Assembly (NCBI GenBank): GCA_000934665.2
Contig: KZ538342.1
Coordinates: forward strand, 61,093-81,092
Source of the DNA: Catajapyx aquilonaris
Taxonomy: Eukaryota
Reading direction: 5' to 3'
DNA length: 20,000 nucleotides
Shown: positions 1-9,144 of the stretch, one piece after another
Numbering within the stretch: position 1 is the stretch's first letter
Layout of the letters: each line of letters begins with the position of its first letter
Made by a program: the position numbers and the translations under genes
The notes under the pieces: model-generated
Told to the model about the DNA's origin: nothing
What the model saw: only the letters and a program-made list of their open reading frames with translations
Database searches by the model: none

Positions 1-938
1 GACTTTTATAATGCAGTCTAGTTGCCAGCTTGAAGAAATAGCTCTGTTCACAACTATCCAACTCATGTTCAGCACATTAGCTGCTCATGAAACATTTAAC
101 TTAATCACAACTAATTACCGACATAAATAGTACTACTATAATTTACGAACACATCAGTAAATACATGCGAGTCAATACTGATAATTGAAGATAATAATTT
201 CATCTCATAACTTCTCATGCTACCTGCTTAACATCGTCCAATTTACAGGTATTACCAACATTATGTTTCCCTAGTAAGGGAGAATAGTTGAGAGAATAGT
301 AATCTGGCTCTTGGACTATGCCTACTGTTTTAGGCTATTCAGCCATTTCTGGCTGGATTTGCATAACAAGAAAGTGAGAGTTGAGCACATGACAGCCAGT
401 TGAGTGCAGTCACAATTCACAGCTTTTGTTTGGCACAACTGGGTCACAATTTGACTTATGCATCACTGTGAACTATTTGCACCTGTACTAAAACTATTAG
501 CCTCAACATTTGACACAATTTGCATTATTTTAGCACATGGATTAGTGAGGTACCGTACAACTTGTGCAACTCCTCTGTGGGAACCAGCTTAAGGATAGGC
601 CCACTGTCAGTGCTTCCTATGCCAAATAGTGCAGGGAATGCATGTGCTTGACATCATGCTTAAGGTTCAGCATGCCTACTTCCTGCATGCCACTGCGGCT
701 GTGGTACCATGCTAGGTGAAATATTTTAATGCGAGGATACATAAGAATACCCATGAGATTGCCTACAGGAATACCATGTCACCGTAGGTGATTTTTGTTC
801 TTCTCTAATACTGATCAGACGATAAGAATCCAATTCATGACTTGCTTTTACTCTTTTGCTATTGCAAGTGAATATTTCAAAATTCCAGTTTGTTGTATTA
901 CCCTCATCAACTTAAGTCATTACACTCTATTGAATGTA

Positions 939-1280
939 CAGGTAGTCCTTGGTCTACGAACGGGGTTATGTTTCTGAAAATGTCCATAAGTCGGATTTGT
1001 ACGTAACTCGAATCCCTAAGGAACAGTGCATGTATGCAGAGGAAAGATGCTGCATCAACGAACTGCTTACATCATGTGTTTGTTTACAATCGCGGAAGAA
1101 CGTAGTTTCCCAATTATTTATTATGAATTATACAGTATTTATGATGGTGTTGGTCAATGTATGTAGAAGTGATTTAAAGTTGAGGAATAATTATAAATTA
1201 TCCATATGGAGAGCTTTGGGAGCCCGTTTGTAAGTACGGATCGCCGTAAGTCGGGTCGTTCATAAACCAGGGACTTCCTG
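939..1280. mobile_element. pogo/Tigger-type MITE (~340 bp) just downstream of the SNX stop codon
   Basis: TIRs CAGGTAGTCCTTGGTCTACGAACG (939-962) and CGTTCATAAACCAGGGACTTCCTG (1257-1280), 20/24 complementary. TA on the left flank, CA on the right. Subterminal TAAGTCGG motifs. Confidence 0.8.
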
Positions 1281-1331
1281 CAGTTTGATACCCTTCAAAG
1301 TAACATGGGAAACACTGCTGCACCTCACATA

Positions 1332-2009
1332 TTAACAGAAAACCTTTTTGACCACATCCAACAGAGGCAATGCACTCTCAACCCTCATTCCTCTAGACTT
1401 GCATCTGCCTATAAGATGATTGACTTTTGCCCTGTCTTTCCCTGTCTCATCCCACAACTGGGCACAAACCTTTAGCAACGGCAGGTACATAGGGAGTAAA
1501 TCAACGTCGCTTACTGCATCAAATCGATGCAGAGCTATCTCTGCATATTTTGCAGCAAGTGCAGTCTTGCGAGTCTCCACACAACAGGCCACAAGTGCAC
1601 ACAATGGCCTCAATACACGAGGGTGGCGATCACTTAACACCTTATTGAGCATGTGAAAAGAACGCTGAAGTGGTCCTATTGCCTCTGTGTATCGCCTCGA
1701 TGCCATGCTGCTGCATGACTGATTGAGGTCATCACCATCAAGGAAATCGGAAAATGCAGGTGTGTTCATAAGCTGGTCATGTGAGCATATGAAGTACAGA
1801 AAGTCCTGGAAGCGGCGGCTACGATGGGACATGACGTCCATGCCATAGTTGCCCAGAATGACTTTGCGAGGAAAAGAGAAGCAGGCCACCTGTGATGGGT
1901 ATAGGCTTCGAAGGGATTCATATAGCATGTGGAAGTGGGAGTAGCGGCGGTCAATCATACACGGTAGTGGGTCTGGAGCTGGCAGGCGGCTCACAGTCAC
2001 CGTGTATGT
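1332..2009 (-). CDS. SNX21: Sorting nexin SNX20/SNX21-like, last coding exon (most of PX domain plus PXB/TPR-like helical domain)
   Basis: Translation TYTVTV...IDRRYSHFHMLYESL...FSFPRKVILGNY...SRRFQDFL is a PX domain (RRY and FPxK motifs), followed by a helical C-terminal region typical of SNX20/21. Acceptor ttattgcag (CT at + 2010-2011), phase 0; stop TAA at 1334-1332. The ORF-track N-terminus (2010-2072) is intronic. The symbol is family-level; SNX20 vs SNX21 cannot be resolved. Confidence 0.88.
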   Translation of the reverse strand, partial: TYTVTVSRLPAPDPLPCMIDRRYSHFHMLYESLRSLYPSQVACFSFPRKVILGNYGMDVMSHRSRRFQDFLYFICSHDQLMNTPAFSDFLDGDDLNQSCSSMASRRYTEAIGPLQRSFHMLNKVLSDRHPRVLRPLCALVACCVETRKTALAAKYAEIALHRFDAVSDVDLLPMYLPLLKVCAQLWDETGKDRAKVNHLIGRCKSRGMRVESALPLLDVVKKVFC

Positions 2010-2292
2010 CTGCAATAAACAGTATATCAGAGCAGGCCCAATTGAACTCTTCATGTCAAGTGTGTCACACATGAAAATCTACATCTACATCATTTTATTC
2101 AAGTAGGTCTATATAAGTCTGCAGCTTTCCAGCCATCCTCATAGTTGCCATTAAATCAATTTCCCGCATCCTTTTGGGACAGATGTTGGAAAGGAATATA
2201 TTAGTAGTGATTCAAGTTGACAATTTCTGGCAAAATTACGTGCTGCTCATTTATGGAAATTTCAAACCTCATGTACGGTATGGTATGGTCAC

Positions 2293-2376
2293 AATTGAAG
2301 GGTGCAGTGCAAGAGGGGCACGAGTCACGTGTATGTCCGTTTGACTCATGCCCCTTTTGCAGTGCACCCTTCAATT
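2293..2376. repeat. 84-nt near-perfect inverted repeat (35-bp arms, 14-nt loop) in the SNX intron
   Basis: AATTGAAGGGTGCAGTGCAAGAGGGGCACGAGTCA (2293-2327) vs TGACTCATGCCCCTTTTGCAGTGCACCCTTCAATT (2342-2376): 32/35 complementary. Confidence 0.9.
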
Positions 2377-3457
2377 CCACTTCATATGTATTACAATCTT
2401 TGAAGTTTGATTATTTTTTAGTGTGTAAGTAATGACTTATTGAGTGGAGTGTCCTTGTCCCAGGGTTAGCACTTAACTTAAACAATCAAAAGTCTTATAC
2501 ATGAAGGATCATATTTTGATGGTGGCATGGTGATCAATGTGATGACTATGATGTGTAGGGCTTCCTTTTTACAGGATTTTCCATAGCCTGCAGTCATCAG
2601 AACAAATGATAATCTAAATTTCCATCGACTTGTCAATGCCAATTAAAAATTCGGCAATCCACACTTCAAGCTTGTAGTGATATTTCCACACTGCATGTGT
2701 CATCTGAGGCAGGAAGTGAGTCACACAAAAAAGTTTTCCTATCATGTTGAGGAAGGTCAAAAATAATGTAAACGAACCCTAAGCACACACATCTCTATAA
2801 CCCAAAGCACAAAGACATTTCAAATCTATAATGATTCTGAAATGAACTTCATGGCACTATAATTTTTACAACGTAGCAGTTTTGATAGCAGAACAATGCA
2901 TAGCTGAGATTGCCTGCACATTGTGTTTTCCATATGGAAACGATGTGGCAGTGTAAACACACTTTCTTTTTATCTGAAATATTTCTTGCCTATCATGTGT
3001 GTTAACCACTGGCTTTCCTCCAGTTTTCTCACTGTTGCGTTGCAAGGAAAATATATGATAAAAAATAGCTCTGGTCATTTAGTAGTACCGGCATCGTATG
3101 TAAAATCTGTCTGTAATGGAGTGACTTTGTCACACAAAAATTTCCCACATTCAAAAGGTTTCTTTATAATACAAGCAGCCCCCAAATTATGAGCCTCAAC
3201 TTTCATAAATCCAGATGGCCTATGTAAAAGATAATTCTAAGTTGTGCAAAAAATCTAAGAAATATAGGGAACAAACTGACAACATAAAATGCTTCAAATG
3301 ACAAGAAAATACAATAATTTGCACCATTTGGCAACTCTACCCTGGACCCACCTAGACTCCTTTCCTCGTCAGTTTACAATTGAGTGACATTTGCACCCAG
3401 CATCTCAACTGAATACAACATTGATTGTTTATTTAGGAAGGAGTCAAAGCAACTATA

Positions 3458-3994
3458 CAGGGTGTTTTCTGTAACTCTGTAAAGACTTGCAGGGGTAATA
3501 GAGGGGACCAAGACAAGTATTTTTGACATAGGAACCCGTGTCCGGAAATGCCATCTAGAGGGGGTTCATAGAAAGGGAATGGGTGCGCTCAGACGCTTCA
3601 CAAGGGAGGCTCTAGGCGAGCGAACTGTTTTGTTGATAGATGGCGCGCAGTTGTTGCCAGGTTATGGCGTATCACGTCGCTGTAAGTAAATAACGTCGCG
3701 ATACTCCATAACCTGGCAACAACAGAACCGTTGTTTACTATCCGCATGTATCTTAGGAGGCGGACTTTAGTTGCTAGATGGCTCTGTTGTTGCCAGGTAA
3801 CGGCACATCACGTCATTGTTTACTATCCGAGTGCCATCTATCAACAAAACAGTCTGCTCGCCTAGCGCCTCCCACGTGACGCATCTGAGATCACCCGTTC
3901 CTTGAACCCCCTCTAGATGGTGTTTCCGACCATGGGTGCCTCCGGCTCCTCTACACACCCTAGCAGTTAGTAACGATAGCTCGGAAACACCCTA
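3458..3994. mobile_element. Palindromic Tc1/mariner-type non-autonomous element (CAGGGTG ends, TA TSD)
   Basis: TA|CAGGGTGTTT ... AAACACCCTA|TA. Long internal inverted arms at about 3531-3646 vs 3831-3940, plus a nested hairpin at 3650-3723. Confidence 0.82.
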
Positions 3995-4654
3995 TAGAAT
4001 CATATAGCATTAGTCTATGGCGACCAAGGAAAAGCTGCCGAAAAGCTTTTCCAGGAGAGCAGGATGAAACTTGAGTTTATTGTAGATTGCATTTGTGCAT
4101 GGTTCTGTCACTTAAATTACCATTTGAAATCGTTCTTTGGACATATAAAAAAAAGAGGAACCTTATACAGTATAAGCCTCTGGCCATTCACCCCAACACA
4201 GTATAGACCTTTCCTAATCGACTTATCGCCATGATAAAGCAGTTAACAGATAACTTTGTCATTTCCTTTGAGAATTTTTTATTTTAATAAGGAAGTAATT
4301 AATGCTCATATTATGGCTGCCATATGGTGTAATTTTAAAATTTTGTGAGGGTTCATCCAAGCAGGAAGTTATGTTGTGGATAAACTTTCGATTTTTCGTA
4401 ACAAAATTTTCTGTACTACCTTCGGAGCCAATCCTTAAATGATCAATGCAGTCAGTCATTATCCTTAATTATTGCTCTTGTCGACGCAAGTTCAGAATTT
4501 GCTGATTTCAAAACTGGAAAACTGCCAGGGTTTGTTGGCTATTTCACCCTGGCACATGGGCTGTTTACTCCCAAAAATAAAACTTCCCAGCACTACGCAA
4601 CTGCAGCTGAAGTTCACACCAGACCCTTTTTGATCCAAGTTGACCCACACTTAC

Positions 4655-4770
4655 CACATGCCTCTTCCCCCTCCCATCGCCAACAATGTGCACATCATTG
4701 ATGGAAAAGTGCACCATATGACCGTCGCTCCCATTGCTCGGGTTGTCCGGACAGGACCTGGTCCACGACC
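4655..4770 (-). CDS. SNX21: SNX20/21-like internal exon (start of PX domain)
   Basis: Encodes SWTRSCPDNPSNGSDGHMVHFSINDVHIVGDGRGKRHV. Ends at a canonical donor GTG|gtaagt in phase 0, which joins TYTVTV to give the PX beta1-beta2 strands. Acceptor tgtttgcctccgcag at 4771-4772. An in-frame ATG at 4717 is an alternative start. Confidence 0.75.
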
Positions 4771-4831
4771 CTGCGGAGGCAAACACATGAGTAATCCATC
4801 CACCAGCAACCACCTTCCCCGTCCAACTAAC

Positions 4832-4955
4832 TTATGCGAGGCTCCTCGCAGGCCACCTCCACCCATGTTGGAAATGCCAGAGCCGCAGCCTTGCCCCCAC
4901 CGTCCAGCTTGGAGTTGGTCCCCTCCAGCACAATCTGAGCCCCAGCTTCCATCAT
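4832..4955 (-). CDS. SNX20/21-like putative first coding exon
   Basis: ATGATG at 4955; open frame MMEAGAQIVLEGTNSKLDGGGKAAALAFPTWVEVACEEPRI. Phase-1 donor A|gttagt gives a 61-nt intron (4771-4831) matching the next exon's phase. The full model join(4955-4832,4770-4655,2009-1332) is 305 aa. I recognise no homology for this exon. Confidence 0.45.
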
Positions 4956-5432
4956 ACCTGCAATCAGTCCGTGTCTCCCAATGTTTCCTGTCCCTTTACC
5001 CCCAGCAAACCAGCCTGTGTTGCAAGCCAGCTGGCTCCAAAAATAGAGCTGATGTCAAAACAACCCAAGCTGCTGCTCTGACAGGAGGCATACGGTCTCG
5101 GTAGGCAGCTCGATACTATCAATACGGGTCGATTGTGGCAGTGAATCCGTCTCGGTGAAGGTCATACCACGTGCTGCATTGTCTTGAATGATTTGTACGC
5201 CACTGAATCACATATGGATCACCTTCTTTTGTGTGTGGCGCGGCGGGGAGATACGCCTCTTTACATGTCAGGTTGTGGTTCTGAGCTAGGCGGGGCACTA
5301 GGCGGGGGTTTAAGAGTGTGATACGGGGGCATACAGTGCAGTTTGTAATTTCAGCCCTGCAAGTGCGTCACTAATCCACTGACGGGGACATGAATTAAAA
5401 ATAAAGATAAATTAGACCCGACATGTTTACGG

Positions 5433-5712
5433 TATCGATCGTATTGCTATTAGTAGTTCATGATTCCGCTACATAGCGCTGGTGTCAAGCGTTATCCTGC
5501 CATCTACCGAGCAATTATGAAACTGTTTCCAATATTTGGGTGTTAATCACAATTTTCTATCAAATTTAAACGGAAAAATTGACATATTTGGCTTAATCTT
5601 CATTAATATGACCTTACGACTAATTCTCATGTAAAACATGCTGACGAAAGTAATGTACATCAAGACCGATATATCGATATTCCAATAAGTGTCAGATTGC
5701 AAGATGGCGTCG
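5433..5712. promoter_or_regulatory. Divergent (bidirectional) promoter region with DRE and YY1/Pho-like motifs
   Basis: Perfect DRE TATCGATA at 5672-5679, near-DRE TATCGATC at 5433-5440, and CAAGATGGCG overlapping the BTB-ZF ATG. Lies between head-to-head SNX and BTB-ZF starts about 750 bp apart. Confidence 0.6.
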
Positions 5713-6196
5713 CCCAGTGCAGCAGCAGGTGCAGAAGAAGAAGTGGCGGGCAAGAAGATGGTGACCTGCTGGCTCCAGAGGTCATGTCCAGGGAGGCTGA
5801 AGGAAGGGCTGCAGAGTCAGAGGGTGACGGGGCAGTTCTGCGACGTGACCTTGCAGATGGGCGGACGGGAGATTCGGGGACACGCCTGCGTGATGGCCCT
5901 GTTCAGCCCCTACCTGGAGGATCTGCTGGTCAAGAGGAGCCGGCAGCTGCAGCCTTCTTCTCTTCCGATCGTGGTTAGTCTGGGCGGTGCGGATGAGGCA
6001 TGCGGGGAGTGTGCGGAGAAGCTGGTGGCGTACATGTACCTGGGAGCCGTTGGGGTGGAGTCGGAGCACCTGCCGCACCTCCAGAGCCTGGGGAAGATGC
6101 TTGGCATGGGAGACGTTGTGGACTTCTGCCAGGCACGCAGCAAGGAAGTGGAGGTGCCGAAGAAGAAAGGGGTAGAGCAGGAAGATGCACCACAGC
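5704..6196 (+). CDS. BTB/POZ-zinc finger (ZBTB-like) transcription factor, exon 1 (BTB domain)
   Basis: AAGATGGCG start. LQSQRVTGQFCDVTLQMGGREIRGHACVMALFSPYLEDLL...LVAYMYLG...LGKMLGMGDVVDFC is a BTB fold. Donor C|gtaagt at 6197 (phase 1), where the GC-rich coding composition drops. Confidence 0.9.
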
Positions 6197-6477
6197 GTAA
6201 GTCAGGGGCAGAGGGGATTCCATTGGGATTCATGTTGGTGGTAGTAGAAGTGCCTTTTCGAATGGCTGATGGGCTGTTACAACTATTGAGTATACTTGAA
6301 GCCTATTTTGTAGTTTTTGAAATGTTGGTGTGCCATGTTGATAAGTTCAATTTAGACTCAATCAAATTTGCTGTCTCATTTCATTCCTGAAAAGTTCCAA
6401 CTTGTACATGCAGTTTTGCTTATTGACTATTGTTTCAAAAATATGTTCCCAATTTTGCTTCACCAAATTACTTTATA

Positions 6478-6821
6478 CAGTATAACCCTGATTATCCGTC
6501 ACCCACGGGACCGGGGCATGGTCGGAAAACAGAAAAGGTTGGATAATCCGAGGAGCAAAGGAAACTTTAATGAAGCGCAACTAAAAACCATGAAATGATA
6601 AAATAATGTAAAATGTTGCTATTTTCTAAGAAATAGTGAAGTATTTTTCTTTTACATAGTCACTCTGCTGTTTGAAATTTAACTAAGGCAATACAAAACT
6701 AATGTTTAGAAGGACTGCATTACAGCATTTGATGAGAAAATATACATTTATTGCTACAGTTGGACTGTCGGATAAACCGAAGAGTCAGATAATCCGAGAT
6801 CTGATAATTGGGGTTTTACTA
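6478..6821. mobile_element. pogo/Tigger-type MITE (~344 bp) in the BTB-ZF intron
   Basis: TA|CAGTATAACCCTGATTATCCG ... CTGATAATTGGGGTTTTACTA|TA (16/21 complementary), with repeated GATAATCCG subterminal motifs. Confidence 0.75.
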
Positions 6822-6874
6822 TAATAATATTTTTATAACTTACCCCTTTTATCACATCAACATTAACTTCTGGC

Positions 6875-7230
6875 GGGGAGGTGTGGTGGCCGTGATGGTA
6901 ACGTCTCGGCTTGCTGTGTGAAAGGCCCCAGGTTCGATCCCCGCCTGGGGAACTTTCCTTTCACCTGCGTCAGGAGGGTCTCTGACCTGCACCAAGGAGG
7001 TGTCTGGCAACCTAACCTCCTGGGGAACAGCACATGACCCATTTTCAGACGTGCACTTGCACCCATGTTCCCTCCCCGAAAATCCCTATCCTTACCTCTT
7101 GTCCTTTCATCCTTGCACCGGTGTTAGAAGAAAATAATAAGAAAATTGAAGGAAAATGGTGGTAATCCACCCCCCTATAAGGGCCCATGGCCCTAGCACG
7201 GGGTAACGTAAAAATTTTTTTTTTTAAAAA
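6875..7230 (+). mobile_element. Full-length tRNA-derived SINE
   Basis: Pol III A box TGGCCGTGATGG (6887-6898), B box GGTTCGATCCC (6931-6941), A/T-rich tail, and a perfect 16-bp target-site duplication AACATTAACTTCTGGC (6859-6874 and 7231-7246). Confidence 0.92.
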
Positions 7231-7328
7231 AACATTAACTTCTGGCTCATTGAAGTTCATGTAAGTCAACATAGCCTGCACAAAACAACTTTGGTTCTGC
7301 AGAATATACTGGAGTGTGGGAGTGGGAA

Positions 7329-7380
7329 GGTCGGATATGCCAAAGAGTCAAATATTCAGAGGTCAAATAATCAGGGGATT
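7329..7380 (+). repeat. Degenerate copy of the right end of the 6478-6821 MITE family
   Basis: gtcggatatgccaaagagtcaaatattcagaggtcaaataatcagggg resembles gtcggataaaccgaagagtcagataatccgagatctgataattgggg at about 6767-6813. Confidence 0.5.
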
Positions 7381-7770
7381 ATTTTATGGACAGTGTTCCA
7401 CCACTTACTTTATTCTGCATAGAAGCCCATCTGTGTCTAGCAGAAATGGCTTGTGTGAAACAAGAAGACCCATTGTAACTTTAGTACACGTAATATACTG
7501 TATTTGCATTCCAAGTTGCATGACCAAGTTGCTTTAAAACAGTTATACTTTTAAGCTGTCACTTTTAGATCTATCAATGTATTTGCTCGTAACATCAGGT
7601 TGAGTTGAAGCATTCAGAGAATTTCAAGGCTTGAGACTTAATGGGCGGCATAATTATTTTGACCCACAGGTCTACATGGTCAATGGTTGAGGGAAGTATT
7701 GTTCTGAGGGCTAGACCCTACTCTAGTGCTGAAAAAGATTCCATCTATTCTGCTAATATTAGCAACTAAG

Positions 7771-8010
7771 ACTTACAAGGGAACTGTAAGTGCTGTCAGT
7801 GGAGTTGCTAAAGGAAATTTGGCACAGTAATATATAGGCAGGTAAGTTATTAAACAAAATCCAAACCGTTTCAGCGAACCACAACAAGGTCAAGAGTCTC
7901 GATGTCAGCCCGGACAGCCTACCTGACAAGCAAAGTTTCAGATATCGCACTCAAAAAAGCAGACATTTTATTACATCACTGGAAAGGAATAATTACTCTC
8001 ATTACAACAA
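7771..8010 (+). repeat. ~240-bp interspersed repeat, copy 1 (inverted relative to 8740-8992)
   Basis: Colinear similarity with the reverse complement of 8740-8992, e.g. the shared AAAAAAGCAGACATTTTATTACATCACTGGAAAGG and AAGTTTCAGATATC. Confidence 0.88.
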
Positions 8011-8121
8011 GCTAAATTGCTAGGTCGCAGCCGTATTTGAAAAGGTCACTTCTGAATTTTTTCGAGAAAAAAAACACACAAATTCTTTTTTCTCAAATTA
8101 CGTGCCTGATTGGCATCAAAT

Positions 8122-8333
8122 GGTCATTTCCACGCAAACACAGACATACTGTCCATTCGTAACGCAGGTTTTGCCGACATGTACTAGCGTATTTTATTGT
8201 AACAATACGCACACATTGCATGAAATGGATTAAGCATGCAGTGCATGCATCCTGGCATTGTTATAATAAAATACACTTGTGCACGTAGGCAAAACTTGCG
8301 TTACGAACAGACGGATGCATCATGGAAATGCCC
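8122..8333. mobile_element. Small foldback/MITE-like element with nested inverted repeats
   Basis: 56-bp imperfect arms 8151-8206 (gtccattcgtaacgcaggttttgcc...aacaat) and 8257-8312 (attgtt...ggcaaaacttgcgttacgaacagac). Outer short arms ggtcatttccacg / catggaaatgccc. Confidence 0.7.
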
Positions 8334-8739
8334 AAATCCAGCTTATAGCCATGGAAAATTTAGAAGATCAAGTTCCATAATTTGTCGTTACAAGCCAGAA
8401 GGATAAACCACTTGCATATGAAGTGAAGCATCTTACATTAGTGCATACAGTGTATACAACTGTTTGTGACAATGTGTTCAGATCAAAACATGTCCATACA
8501 ACGAGCACATCTTACATATTAATATGACAGTGTGGGATAGTACTGTACAGTATAAAGAGAGAGAGAAAGAAGGGGAACAGGTTCTTAAATATATTTTTGT
8601 TGGCTTGGTAGAAGGCCATTGGCCCACTGCTTATACAAAAGTTTTAGTCGTAATCGTGAGGCGGTAAGGAAATTGACTAATTGCAGTCGAAGACTAATCG
8701 ATGGTTTTTAAAATCTTTCTCCGGTGACTTGGGGACTTT

Positions 8740-8992
8740 TTGTAATCGGAATAATTAATTATCCCTTTCCAGTGATGTAATAAAATGTCTGCTTTTTTTT
8801 TGAGTGTGATATCTGAAACTTCGCTCGTAAGGTAAGCTGTCTCGGCTGACATCGACAGGTCATAACTTTTGACCTTGTCGTGCTTCGCCGAAACGGTTTG
8901 CATTTTGTTCAATAACTTACGTACCTGCCTGTATTATGGTGCCGAGTTTCATTCAGCAGCTCCATTGACAGCACTTCCAGTCCCCTTGTTAG
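8740..8992 (-). repeat. ~250-bp interspersed repeat, copy 2
   Basis: Reverse complement aligns to 7771-8010 with small indels. It retains CpGs that are CA in copy 1. Confidence 0.88.
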
Positions 8993-9144
8993 TTAATTTT
9001 TTTGAACTGAAAGTCAATGTTTGTATGTAATTACAGTATAATAATAGCCATCGTCGTAAAAAAAAATCCATAACAGCAACAGACAACTTCGATGACACTA
9101 TTATAATATGAAAAAGAATATGAAAATGTACTAAGAAGGAAGTA

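Noticed and set aside
345..720. Possible decayed foldback elements
   Set aside because: Only patchy inverted similarity, with no definable TIRs or TSD.
2077..2091. (ATCTAC)n short repeat as a retroelement tail
   Set aside because: Only 2.5 units, with no recognisable element body adjacent.
2239..2273. Possible SNX exon MRFEISINEQH followed by gtaatt (minus strand)
   Set aside because: It superficially resembles PX beta1, but exon 4655-4770 supplies a better-spaced PX start with a perfect donor. Adding this piece would duplicate the strand.
2575..2601. Hammerhead-like CTGATGA...GAAA on the minus strand
   Set aside because: No stem II pairing between the two core motifs, and no stems I/III found.
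4640..5104. 154-aa proline-rich + strand ORF
   Set aside because: Antisense shadow of the GC-rich SNX 5' exons, non-ATG start, no recognisable domain.
5697..6233. Multiple overlapping ORFs on both strands over the BTB exon
   Set aside because: By-product of GC-rich codon usage in the real BTB exon.
6875..6950. tRNA gene
   Set aside because: It has A and B boxes but no convincing acceptor or anticodon stems, and it continues into a ~280-bp body and tail bounded by a 16-bp TSD. It is a SINE head.
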